DNA of 64,000 nucleotides. It comes from Antedon mediterranea (taxonomy: Eukaryota > Animalia > Echinodermata). The stretch spans positions 20,026,001 to 20,090,000 of the forward strand of contig NC_092674.1 in NCBI RefSeq assembly GCF_964355755.1, read 5' to 3'. Within the stretch, counting starts at the first letter, position 1. The number at the start of each line of letters is the position of its first letter. Positions 1 to 11,043 of the stretch are shown here, piece after piece. Below the pieces are notes generated by a model. That model saw nothing but the letters and a program-made list of their open reading frames with translations. It did no database searches and was not told the DNA's origin. A program made the translations under genes and the position numbers.

Positions 1-3000
1 AATGACTTAAGAACAATGGCGGTGAATTGTAAATTTGTGGATCAAGACGGTACGATTCGTGATAAGCTTTTCTTCAGTGTAACAAATCCAGTGATGAAAA
101 TGAAAGTTATGGGCGATGATGGCAACGCTACACTTGATACTGTGATACACCGAATGAGAACTTTTGAGAGTTCTAGACGCGAGCTTGAAATGGCCGGTGT
201 TGCAAGTGATTATAAGCCGAAGGTTCATGCATTGAGAAGAACCAAATCACATAAACAGACGCCAAGGGTTAGTGGTCAACATAATCATCAGTTTACGGAT
301 GCAGCCAAAATTAAATGTAGCAGGTGCGGTTCTTCACATCTACCTCGTCAGTGTCCAGCTTATGGTAAAACATGCTACGGGTGTAAGGGTTTGAATCATT
401 TTCAGTCTGTGTGCACCAAACGTTTTTCCCGAGGACGCGGTCGTGGACGTGGAAGAGCTGTACATACAATGGATGAACAGTATATTATTGCCGAAGGTGT
501 AAGTGATCCTAATGACTTATACATTGACACTTTAACTGTTAAAGATAAAAATGAGTACTTTTATATTGACACTCTAAGAGATAACGATGACAAGAACGCT
601 TGGTTCTATGATGTGTTTGTGGGAGGTAATGTGTTAAAGATGAAGCTTGACACAGGAGCAGGTGTTAACTGCATACCACTGGAAACATTTAGAAAGTTAC
701 CAGGACATAAGAACATTAAAGTATATCATTCTAAAACTAACCTATATAGTTATAGTGATGAAATTGTAAAACATATTGGTAAAGTTACTCTAAATGTAAA
801 AGTTGATAACATCCAAAATGATTATGACTTCTTTATTACTAATGTTGATGGTCCACCTATACTTGGATTGAAAGCCTGTAGGGAGCTTGGTCTGATCAAA
901 CGTGGTAACAATATGATGTGTAGTGATAATGTGATAAATAATAAATATGTACATGCACTAACTAAAGATTCTTTGATTCGAGAGAATCGTGATGTATTTA
1001 CAGGTTTAGGTAAATATCAAGATCCTTATGACATCAAGTTGAAAAGTGGTGTTTCTCCAGTAGTCCATCCACCCCGCAGGGTGCCACTTAGTCTGCATAC
1101 CAAGCTGAAAGAAAAACTGGACGATATGGAGAAGAGGGGCGTGATTAAACGGACCGACAAACCAACAGATTGGGTCAACAGCCTAGTGATAGTGGAGAAA
1201 CGAGACGGATCCTTGAGGTTGTGTTTGGATCCACGTGATTTGAACAAAGCCATTAGACGTGAACATCATATGATACCGACCGGTAAGGACGTAGTGAGTC
1301 AGCTGTCAGGTAAAACACTTTTCACTGTCTTTGACCAGAAAGATGCGTACTGGCAAGTTCCTCTTACTGACGCTAGCGCAGATATATGTACATTCAATAC
1401 TCCCTTTGGACGATACAGTTTTCTAAGAATGCCATTTGGTATCTGCAGTGCTAGTGAGGTGCTACAGAAAGGAAACCAGCAAATATTTGGTCATATACCT
1501 AACGTACACATAATATCTGATGATATGATTATAGCTACAGGTAGTGAAGCAGAGCATAATGCAACAGTACAGAGGGTGATGGATACGGCCAGAGCGAACA
1601 ATGCCAAATTCAATGGAAGCAAGCTTAAGTATAAACAGTCTGAATTGGTGTTCATGGGAAACGTGGTGAGTGCCGATGGACAGAAACCAGACGAAGAAAA
1701 GGTTAGAGTTATCAAAGAAATGCCTGACCCACAATGTAAATCTGACTTGCAACGTATAATGGGGATGCTTAATTATCTTTCACAATTCATACCTAATATG
1801 TCCAATGTGAGTGCACCTCTCCGGGAATTGCTCAAGAAAGATGTTGCATGGTTTTGGGGTCCAGAACAAGCAGAATCCCTGAGGCAGTTAAAGGCGTTGA
1901 TTAGTAGCAAACCAGTCTTAAGTTTCTTTGATCCACAGAAGCCAACCATTATCCAATGTGATGCATCATCCACAGGGCTCGGAAGCTGTTTGCTTCAAGA
2001 GGGTCATCCGGTTGCGTTTGCCTCTAGGTCGTTAACATCAGCTGAAGTTAATTACTCACAAATTGAGAAGGAGATGTTGGCGATCTGCTTTTCTATACAC
2101 AAATACCACCAATATGTATATGGCCGAGCTGTTGAAGTTCACACTGACCATAAACCACTCGAAACAATCACACGTAAACCACTCCATAAAGCTAGTCCTA
2201 GAATACAACAAATGCTGCTCAAATTGATAAAGTATGAGCTTGATGTTAAGTATGTTCCTGGAAAGTACATGTACATAGCTGATGCTCTCAGCAGAGCATA
2301 TCCTGATAAGGTTGATCGTGATGCCCAACCCCTTGAACAGTTGAAATATAGGGTGCATAGTCTAGACGAAATATTGCCCATGAGTAAAGCAAAAATTGAA
2401 GAAGCAATACGAGCTACACATGCAGATGTGGTACTCCAAACTCTAATTCTAACATGCAAAAGCGGGTGGCCTAAACATAGATGGGGTGCACCGGAGCAAG
2501 TTAGGCAGTATTGGCATCTTCGTGATGAGATACATGAAATTGATGGTCTTGTGTTTTTAGGTGAGAAGTTGATTGTTCCTAGCCAAATGAGAGCAGATAT
2601 GCTGAATAAAATTCATGAAAGTCACCTTGGGATGGAGAAGTGTAAGGCGAGGGCCAGGTCTATTTTGTATTGGCCAGGTATGACCAACGATATAGAATCA
2701 GTAGTGTCAAGGTGCCCTGTTTGTGTAAAGTTAATGCGTAGAAATCAACGGGAGCCGATGATTCCACATAAGGTTCCTATGAGACCATGGGCTAAGCTGG
2801 GCGCGGATATATTTACATTCGCTGGCAGAGATCATCTTATTGTAGTTGACTATTTTTCCAAATACCCGGAAGTAGTGACACTCACTAGCAAAACGGCTGG
2901 AGAAATCATCAAAAAATTGAAATCTATATTCTCAAGACATGGCATCCCTGAAATATTAATGACGGATAACATGCCGTTCGCCAGCTACGAGTTCAAACAG

Positions 3001-3612
3001 TTTGCTAACCAGTGGGGGTTCGATTTAGTGACGTCCAGTCCGACATATGCCAGAAGTAATGGGCAAGTTGAACGTTTCGTCCAAACCATTAAGCAACTCA
3101 TGAGGAAGTCCGTTGATGAGGGAAGCGATTTTCATCTTGCTCTACTAGACTATCGTGATTCACCAATTGCAGGGTTGAATTGTTCTCCTGCTCAGTTGTT
3201 GATGAGCAGAAAGTTAAGGTCAACACTTCCAGTCACACATACATTGCTGCAACCACAAGTTATTGTCGGAGCTAGAGATTTCCTTCAGTCACGTCAACAG
3301 TCTATGACAAAATATTATGATCGTGGTACACGTGTATTGACGAAACTAAGAAAAGGGGACAACGTGAGAATATTGAAAGGACGGCAATGGGAACCTGCTG
3401 TTGTGGCTAAGGAACATGAGCTACCCCGTTCATATGTAGTGATGACCGAAGATGGAACGTCGTACAGACGGAATCGACAACATTTATTAAACACTCAACA
3501 ACCGGATACTTTGCAGAAGGGCGTACCAACTTTGCAGAAGGTACCGGAAGCACCACCCTTACGTAGAAGTGATCGTGTTAGTCGTCCACCGGATCGATTG
3601 GATTATAAATAA
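1..3612 (+). CDS. Ty3/Gypsy (Mag-like) Gag-Pol polyprotein, 5' truncated by the window edge
   Basis: The frame is open from base 1. It contains two CCHC knuckles (CSRCGSSHLPRQC, CYGCKGLNHFQSVC), an aspartic protease (LDTGA), RT (LRLCLDPRDLN, YSFLRMPFG, ISDD), RNase H (CDASSTGLG, TDHKPL) and an integrase with HHCC and D,D,E (GADIF / TDNMPF / SNGQVE). The PR-RT-RH-IN order is that of Gypsy. Confidence 0.97.
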   Translation, partial: NDLRTMAVNCKFVDQDGTIRDKLFFSVTNPVMKMKVMGDDGNATLDTVIHRMRTFESSRRELEMAGVASDYKPKVHALRRTKSHKQTPRVSGQHNHQFTDAAKIKCSRCGSSHLPRQCPAYGKTCYGCKGLNHFQSVCTKRFSRGRGRGRGRAVHTMDEQYIIAEGVSDPNDLYIDTLTVKDKNEYFYIDTLRDNDDKNAWFYDVFVGGNVLKMKLDTGAGVNCIPLETFRKLPGHKNIKVYHSKTNLYSYSDEIVKHIGKVTLNVKVDNIQNDYDFFITNVDGPPILGLKACRELGLIKRGNNMMCSDNVINNKYVHALTKDSLIRENRDVFTGLGKYQDPYDIKLKSGVSPVVHPPRRVPLSLHTKLKEKLDDMEKRGVIKRTDKPTDWVNSLVIVEKRDGSLRLCLDPRDLNKAIRREHHMIPTGKDVVSQLSGKTLFTVFDQKDAYWQVPLTDASADICTFNTPFGRYSFLRMPFGICSASEVLQKGNQQIFGHIPNVHIISDDMIIATGSEAEHNATVQRVMDTARANNAKFNGSKLKYKQSELVFMGNVVSADGQKPDEEKVRVIKEMPDPQCKSDLQRIMGMLNYLSQFIPNMSNVSAPLRELLKKDVAWFWGPEQAESLRQLKALISSKPVLSFFDPQKPTIIQCDASSTGLGSCLLQEGHPVAFASRSLTSAEVNYSQIEKEMLAICFSIHKYHQYVYGRAVEVHTDHKPLETITRKPLHKASPRIQQMLLKLIKYELDVKYVPGKYMYIADALSRAYPDKVDRDAQPLEQLKYRVHSLDEILPMSKAKIEEAIRATHADVVLQTLILTCKSGWPKHRWGAPEQVRQYWHLRDEIHEIDGLVFLGEKLIVPSQMRADMLNKIHESHLGMEKCKARARSILYWPGMTNDIESVVSRCPVCVKLMRRNQREPMIPHKVPMRPWAKLGADIFTFAGRDHLIVVDYFSKYPEVVTLTSKTAGEIIKKLKSIFSRHGIPEILMTDNMPFASYEFKQFANQWGFDLVTSSPTYARSNGQVERFVQTIKQLMRKSVDEGSDFHLALLDYRDSPIAGLNCSPAQLLMSRKLRSTLPVTHTLLQPQVIVGARDFLQSRQQSMTKYYDRGTRVLTKLRKGDNVRILKGRQWEPAVVAKEHELPRSYVVMTEDGTSYRRNRQHLLNTQQPDTLQKGVPTLQKVPEAPPLRRSDRVSRPPDRLDYK

Positions 3613-3687
3613 ATATATCAATAATTAACTTCATTTTATGTTTATTTTGCAGATATCATGTTTATTTTCAAACCATCCTATAATGTA

Positions 3688-3784
3688 TGAAACATATGAA
3701 TGTGATCTAAGAAACAATTTGAAACATATGAATGTGATCTAAAAAACAATTTGAAACATATGAATGTGATCTAAGAAACAATTT
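3688..3784 (+). repeat. 3 x 32-bp tandem repeat in the retrotransposon 3' UTR
   Basis: TGAAACATATGAATGTGATCTAAGAAACAATT occurs three times in tandem. Confidence 0.9.
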
Positions 3785-4997
3785 ATGTTTAAGGAAAAGT
3801 AATATTATTTATTTATGAGAATGTGATATATCGTGTCTAATTTACTTTTGATATTAATTTTAAAAAAAAATAAAAATTAAACTTTAGAAATTTATTTTGT
3901 TAGAAAAGGAAAGATGTCACATATGTTCTGTTAATATGCTAATTATATTTGTTTGTTATTTGCAAATTATGCAAACTACGTTACGCTCGGTGAAGTAATA
4001 AAACAGTAGTTGAATTAAAAGAACCGTGTTGACGAGTCACACTTGTAATACCGAAAGCGACTTGGAATTCGGGATTCTCACGCGCACCGGCATCCCTCGG
4101 GAGCTTAGTCCGCTGTTTTAGACGTGTAGCTTGCAGAAAATTTGACGAAAATGCGTCGAAAACTTATGAAATTAAAACAAGTTTGGTATCAAAATGTTTG
4201 TCAAAAGTTATGCTTCAATAAACTGACCTTTGCGCAGAGTTTGAACAAATATTTCATGCCCATAATGCATCTGACATGTCAGGGTTCATATTACAATCAA
4301 AGGTAAACAATATGGCGCGGCCCTCGTGAGGACATCTTCACGACTTTTCTCCGGTAGAAAAATCACATTTTTACATGGAAATATGACGATTTAGACACTG
4401 TAACTGATACATAATCTTTATTTATTATACATTTATTGTATACAAGCTATAAAATAGTGATTATTGGAAATAAAGATGGATTTTAGACGATTTTACGTTG
4501 TATGTTTAGGCCTAGATTCATTCAACGCGCCTGTCGCGTTTCGAACAGCGTGCTTCGAAAAACGGTTATATTTTCGAATTTTATTTTCAAACTAACTTCA
4601 ACAATTGTTTTTATATATTTAGAAGCATATTTTTTTTTAAAAAGTTGTGAGTATTTTGTATAATTTGTTGTTACGATTCATGCACAGCAAACTGCGCATG
4701 TAAATTCGATTTACTTTTTTTTTGTTGATAATTTGTTTACAATGACCTTGACTTTTAACCTTTTGAGCGCTTTAAGCGCTTATCGTGGTGAATCGGTTAA
4801 ATGACGACCCAATATGGTACTCTCGTACATAAAATTCATGATAAATAGCACCTCTAATTTGCAGGAAAGACACTCTCATATGTAGCATATGCTACCACCA
4901 ATGAGACGGAGTTTTTTCTTAATATTAGTAAAAATATAAATATTTTTGCACATATGGCGTTTCATACGTGTATTACTTGAGTTTGGATACTCCGTCT

Positions 4998-7900
4998 GCG
5001 ATATTTTTTTACGCTCAACGAAACTGCCAGCTAGCCAAAATACTGTTTTCTGATTGGATGTTGATGTCACGTGAGATTTTCAAATCACCCACGCATGCAG
5101 TTCGCCTCAGTAGGTAATTCCTCCTCGCACTCTCAGAGCGGTTGCGACTCGCACTGCTCTAGGCTAGCAATTTACGTGTTGTAGGAATCGTACATTTCAA
5201 TGGCTCACTGCCTGAGAGCGCGCTAACTGAGACAACTACTAAGCTCCTTGCACAACAGACAGAGGCTTACAATTTCCCGCATTTTTATCGTGTCGCCATC
5301 GTTGAAATGTTTTTTCGTAACATTTATTGCTCTTTTCTATGTACAGTGTTTGAGATAAAATAATTACAGTATAGATAAGAGCGGCTAAGCCCAAAAAGTG
5401 GAAACTTGTGAACCGGGTTTCTTGGAAGTATTTACTTTCTCTTGCCATGGAGTAATCTAATTAATTAATTAATTAAATTTCCATGGAGAAATTCGCCTCT
5501 CTCAATGTTTATTTACGTTTCGCGTACGTTTCATGCAATAATTTAAATTTCACGTGGGAAAACATGGTTTATGCGATGCGATAAGCAAGTCGCGCCGCGG
5601 TAATCTTTTTAGGGCCTTCATGACGGCAACATTGGGTTGGCACGGTCGAAATACACTTTTCTCATCGTCATCCTTTTATATACTGACAAAAAAGAATCTA
5701 TTCCTTTGTCTATTCAAGATTTATTAGATTTTTGTAAAGTTACAGGTCTACATTACTATTTTATTCTTGGCCTACACATCCATGGTCTACATATGGCGAT
5801 GTTGTCATATATGAAGGCCCTAAAAAATTACCGCGGCGGCTTATCGCATTGAAATGTACGATTCCTACCGCGTAAATTGCTAGCCTAGAGCAGTGCGAGT
5901 CGCAACCAAAGATACTATAGCGCCACAAAGTGGCGCAAGATAGGGAACTCCTATCTCTTATACACTGCGCATGAGTGAAATTCCATGGGCAGCCATTCCG
6001 GCAAGCAAGTTACGCGATCACATACCCCGGAAGTGTATAATAAACCATTGAACCACATCCACGTGTGACGTGTTATTGTTTGTTCGGGAAGTTTTCTCGT
6101 GTTGTATTGGGTAAATTGTAGTGGTAAGTTTTTAGAATATATATTTTTTTGTTAGTAAACATTAACAAAATTATTAAATTGTTGTTTAAATTTAGTTCAG
6201 GCAGGCGTTTCTGCGCAATCCGATCTAGGGCCTAGTACTAGTAGTAGTAGGCTTGGCATATTTAATGCCGAATACTAGGCCTAGTTTAGTTAGTATGATT
6301 AATAAAAAAAAGTCTGGGAGGATGAATGATATTGATTGGCGTCTTGATGATAGATGGATCAAACAAGGCTTGGATGGATGGAAGATTAAGAAAAAAACTG
6401 AAGCTGTTCGGGAATTAGGAATTTTTAATAAAAATGTACAAGACAATATAGCGTTTTATTAATAATAACATTAACAGAAATAATTAAATGTAATGAAATC
6501 AAAAATCGTGAGGATGTTGTTATTGTTGTTAATTTGTCGTTGTCTTGCTTTACATGTTTGTTTGTCTTGTTTTGTTTCTGTTTGTTTAAACTCCAATATG
6601 ATTACAATTTCTTAACTGGCTACCCGTCACAAGTTTTTTTGGAGGGAAACCTCCAAATGTTATTACTTTCTGGGTGTTGCCTCTTAATTATTTATATTTA
6701 AATTGTTATTTTGTTTACTTTGAAATGATAAGAAATAAATGTTATTATGAATGAATGAATTGTTTGTTTTTTTTATTTAATAAATTTAAATTATAAATTT
6801 GATCCTCATATTTATTTTGTTCTTCATCTTTATTTGAAAAATATTTAGTTAATTAATGTAAACATTTTTGAATACTTACAATTATTAATAAATAGTATAT
6901 TGACTTTTGTTTTGAATTTAAAAATGTATAGTATTTTAAAATACTATAATAAGTAATCAAATGATTATGTAACAGTTCGAAAAGTGACCTAATAATTTAA
7001 TGATATATTTTTCCCTATTTCAGAAAGATATAAGTCTGTCATCATACTGTAAAATTGAGAAGATAGATGATTGAGTGCAAAGTGGTATTTTACACAAGAA
7101 TTAAATACAAAGGCCAGAACTGATGGACAATTATATTTCAATAGTAATAATAGTTTATATTTTTGATTCTTGAAAAGGAGCAGTATCCTATGGGATTACA
7201 AATAAAATCACTATTTTCACACACCTCATACTTTTAAGTGAAAGGAAATAACCAGAATTCAGTTATTATCAGTACTGTTGTTTAGGCCTATTGGCTTCTT
7301 TTGTAATACAAGAAATCAAAATAATAGAATTTTCCTTGTATTTAAGAAGGCTAAAACCATACATTCGTAATTTATTTATTGAGTGTATTTAATTATTCCA
7401 TCATTATTTATTAATATTGTATAAAGTGAGATTTTTCAGTATTTTTATTGCATTTTAATCCTGTCTGTAATATTGAAAGTTGAGCTAATAAAAGTGGGTT
7501 GAAAAGAACAAATTATGATTATGAATTTTTAAAATTAATATTTAATACTTTTACTTTTTTGAAATTAAAAAAATGTAACAATTGTTTTTGTATCTAGTAA
7601 TGTTTGTACAGTATACTACAGTTGTGGCAGATCGTAGTAAAATTCCCCTTGCAATGAAATAACTTTGTAGGCCTGAAGCACACAAAATAGAAAGAGAGGG
7701 TCCGAACAGGGAAAAGAACATCCCCCTGCCCATTAATTTTTTTTTTTTTTAAATTAAAAAGACAGTTTTGGACAATATATTTGGCAATTATTACAATTCA
7801 TCTCCAAAAAAATGCTTCTCTCGCACATAAACTAAGCCATCATCCCAGCCTAGGCCAAACGCGGCCGACCTTGGGCGTGAAGTGCGTAGCATCGCGCTGC

Positions 7901-8418
7901 GCCCCGCGACACTATTTATAACTATGCCTCAACCGACTGCCTACAAAATTCGTCCTCCATACAGTCAGTGTTTATTCTGTAGCCGTTTGAGGTTGGACAG
8001 TGATATACGCATATGTAAGTGTAATATCAAATGGAGTAAATTTATATAATCGAATTTTATATAGATGTTCTTTCATTTTGACGCGAAAGATAAAATAAAG
8101 TCGTACTGTTTATCGCGTAGATGTAAATCCTATTTGTTTTCATTGATTTGGTGGCGTGCCGCATTGCCTACTGGGTAATCCGCTTGCCGGAATGGCTGCC
8201 CATGGAATTATCATTTTTCGAGCGTCAGTTCCATATCTTGCGCCACTACGTGGCGCTATACGATCTTTGGTCGCAACCGCTCTGAGAGTGCGAGGAGGAA
8301 TTACCTACTGAGGCGAACTGCATGCGTGAGTGATTTGAACATCTCGCGTGACATCAACATCCAATCAGAAAACAGTATTCTGGCTAGCTGGCAGTTTCGT
8401 TGAGCGTAAAAATATCGC
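4998..8418. mobile_element. Non-autonomous Mutator-like (MULE) element, right TIR interrupted by a nested insertion
   Basis: ~205-bp TIRs starting GCGATATTTT (4998-5202 versus 5847-5906 + 8278-8418). A perfect 9-bp TSD ACTCCGTCT is present at 4989-4997 and 8419-8427. Confidence 0.85.
5907..8269. mobile_element. Non-autonomous P-element-like DNA transposon nested in the MULE TIR
   Basis: Ends are CAAAGATACTATAGCGCCAC and GTGGCGCTATACGATCTTTG, with ~100 bp of imperfect inverted similarity (incl. TTCCATGGGCAGCCATTCCGGCAAGC). An 8-bp TSD GTCGCAAC is at 5899-5906 and 8270-8277. No transposase ORF. hAT is not excluded. Confidence 0.8.
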
Positions 8419-8629
8419 ACTCCGTCTGGGGAAACACGCAAAAGTCACGTGGTTTGACACCAAGAATTCTTGGTGCATAGATTATCCGGTTGACTAGTTT
8501 CAGCTGCTTGCGATTGGCTACTCACTCGTACACCGTTTTAATATTCATATTTCAGAATTTCAAAGACTCAACAACTAAGATGGTACGCATGCGCTATGTT
8601 ACGTTTAGACAATGTGTACTTGGGTACAT

Positions 8630-8643
8630 CATGGAGGTCCATG
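8630..8643. mobile_element. 14-bp micro-element / P-like excision footprint
   Basis: GGTACAT-[CATGGAGGTCCATG]-GGTACAT: a 7-bp direct repeat around an inverted CATGGA/TCCATG pair. Confidence 0.6.
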
Positions 8644-10220
8644 GGTACATTGATGAAAGTTTCTGAAGGCTAGAAAGTACGCGAAGATAATTTGATTTAA
8701 TTCCCACCCAGACCCTGTCCTGTTCTGTGTAGTGGTGTAGCCCTGTCTGTTGTGTGTGAATCCTGTTGTGTGCCGGTGGTGGTATGTAGGCCTACCTTAT
8801 TGGCGTTTTATTTGGCAGGTCATACGTGCGAGCTGAGTAGGACCTACGAAGGAGGCCTAGGCTAAGGACTAAACAATCAAATAAACAAAAGAACTTGGCA
8901 ACGCGATTTCATATTTCAACAGTCTCGATCGTACATTCAGCACTGTACATACTCGATCTTTTTCATTTTGAAACAAAATGATTATTTAATAGTTAATTCG
9001 AAATCCATATTTACATACCGCCTGCCCCATATAGCCAAATACGGTATTATAACCTACGTCATTCTTATCGGATGTTTGCGGTCTGCAAATCGATTTCTAT
9101 ACGTGTTTCACAAGTCTATTTTCAGACAAAAATCGCGGTCGAAATAAAAAAAAAATAAATAAAAAAAAAATACAATACAGACTTGGGGCAAGTCTACCAA
9201 TGAGCAAAACGATCATACTTTTTCCCTCCAATAATCACACGTGACTAATTACAGGACGATATAACATTTTGTTGCCGATTTCATTCACTCAGTATTTGGT
9301 TTTGATTGTGTTGCGTACAAGTTCAATGTGAACGTACATCTAGGGGAAGCCCCGAAAAAAGCGCAAAATTTAATACTTATTAACTTGTTGAAGAAATTAA
9401 ATATATATAGGTATTTATACAGTTGGGTAGGTGGCCTAAAAATAATCGGTTGCTATAATGTATGCTACGACAGTACACAGTTACCACAGTTAGTGTACTA
9501 TATTATTATTAACATCAATAACATCACAATTATCCTCTATGTTGATGTACGTAACCATGGCGTTCCATTTTTGACGTATATACACTTTCATTTATGCTTG
9601 CTGACTGCCAGCGTTCTAAACAATAGGTAGGCCTACGGGCGGTGTCCTTTGTACGAATCATTTGTGCCCCGAGTATGGGTACAATACATGCGTCAATACC
9701 ATGTTACATCCAGGAACAAATGCGTTTATTTTTCAGGTGAAAATAGGTAATTAATTTCGCAACTCTTAGAAATTTACAGACATCAACGGAAATGGTAACC
9801 TCTAATAATAACAAGTAGGAAAATTAGCACAGTGCTGAAACAATGTGTTTTAATCAAAAGTGAAAGTACTTTACTCTTTTTTTACGCTTTCAAATTTGTA
9901 TTCCTTATGGTAGGAACATTTTTTTTTTCAAGATTTATAGGAAGGGGGGGGGGGGGGTGCATGCGGAGGGTGAGGGTGTGCCCCCCCTCTGGATCCGCCA
10001 CTGCTATATGAAGTATAACAATTACACAGCTATATATATTTTATTGCTTCATGGCTATATTAATTTCACAGCTATTTTTGTATCATGCTATCAAAGTATA
10101 GAAATTGCAAGCTATTTGTTTGCTATTGCGATAATAGATAAGAATAAATAATTGTACAGTAATACCACATCTGTGCATAGAGTGCATAGTTAAGTGCATG
10201 AGATAGACATTTGACTAACA

Positions 10221-10828
10221 CCTCTTTTACACCGCCGAGCTTATAACAAACCCGTGTCGTGTCCGGATAAATTTCCTTTTCACACTTGATTCATAACACG
10301 GGAATGACACGGGTTGCGTGTATTTACACTGCAAAATACCAACCCGTGTAAATGTTGTAGAATAATCGAAATATCGCCCTCACGCATGAAGAGACACCAT
10401 AGTATTAAACGGTCTGCTCATTATACCTCCTACAATTTTGTTTTCTGGCAATAAACACAAAAATTGAGTCTACTCATGAAGAATAATAGCTTGAAATAAA
10501 AATAAATAACAAATAACCATACGTTTTATTTATTAAATAAGCGCATAACAAAATCAATCTTATCTTAATTGTATAATTAAATACTATAGTGAGCGAGGAT
10601 AGTAAAAATACGCTGAGCGTTTTACACCGCAAACACGGGTTCATCCCGGGTGCGTCCCAGGTTGACTTGACGCTGAATACATTCCACATCACTATCCCCG
10701 GGTGGTTCAGCGACCCTGGTAACTTTTTACGTTGTTTACACCTGCCTACATTTCCACATTTTTGCGTCCCGGGTACGACTCAGGTTATATAATTCCGGAT
10801 CAGCATTTTTACTGGTGGTGTAAAAGGG
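10221..10828. mobile_element. MITE-like element with short TIRs
   Basis: Ends are CCTCTTTTACACCGCC and GGTGGTGTAAAAGGG. Internal ACACGGGTT/AACCCGTGT repeats. Same TIR type as the hairpin at 54046-54115. Confidence 0.6.
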
Positions 10829-11043
10829 TATATGTTGAAGTGCATCACAGTTTTAATACCACCTCTGTGCAGAGAGGGCATACTCAAGTGCAATGAGATA
10901 GACATGTGACTTTCTCTAGTGTATCGCAGAGAATTTTAATACCATACCACCAGATATAGGATTTATATTTATTCCTTGCTTTATTTTATGCTTTTTACAC
11001 GCACACATACTGTATTTAGATATTTTATTTGATTAGTTGTAGT

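Larger units (their letters stand above)
1..4041 (+). mobile_element. Gypsy LTR retrotransposon, 3' portion including PPT and 3' LTR
   Basis: A polypurine tract AGAAAAGGAAAGA (3902-3914) abuts TGTCACA at 3915. AATAAA lies at 3997-4002 and the probable LTR end is ...GAGTCACA at 4041. The LTR end is uncertain because the 5' LTR is outside the window. Confidence 0.85.

Noticed and set aside
1026-2459. Minus-strand ORFs within the Gypsy pol
   Set aside because: They are short antisense frames with no recognisable motifs.
5446-5485. CATGGAG...TCCATG hairpin as a sixth P-like footprint
   Set aside because: The termini fit but there is no flanking direct repeat, so it was not counted.
8461-8472. 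CAAGAATTCTTG palindrome as a footprint
   Set aside because: No target-site duplication; it could be chance.
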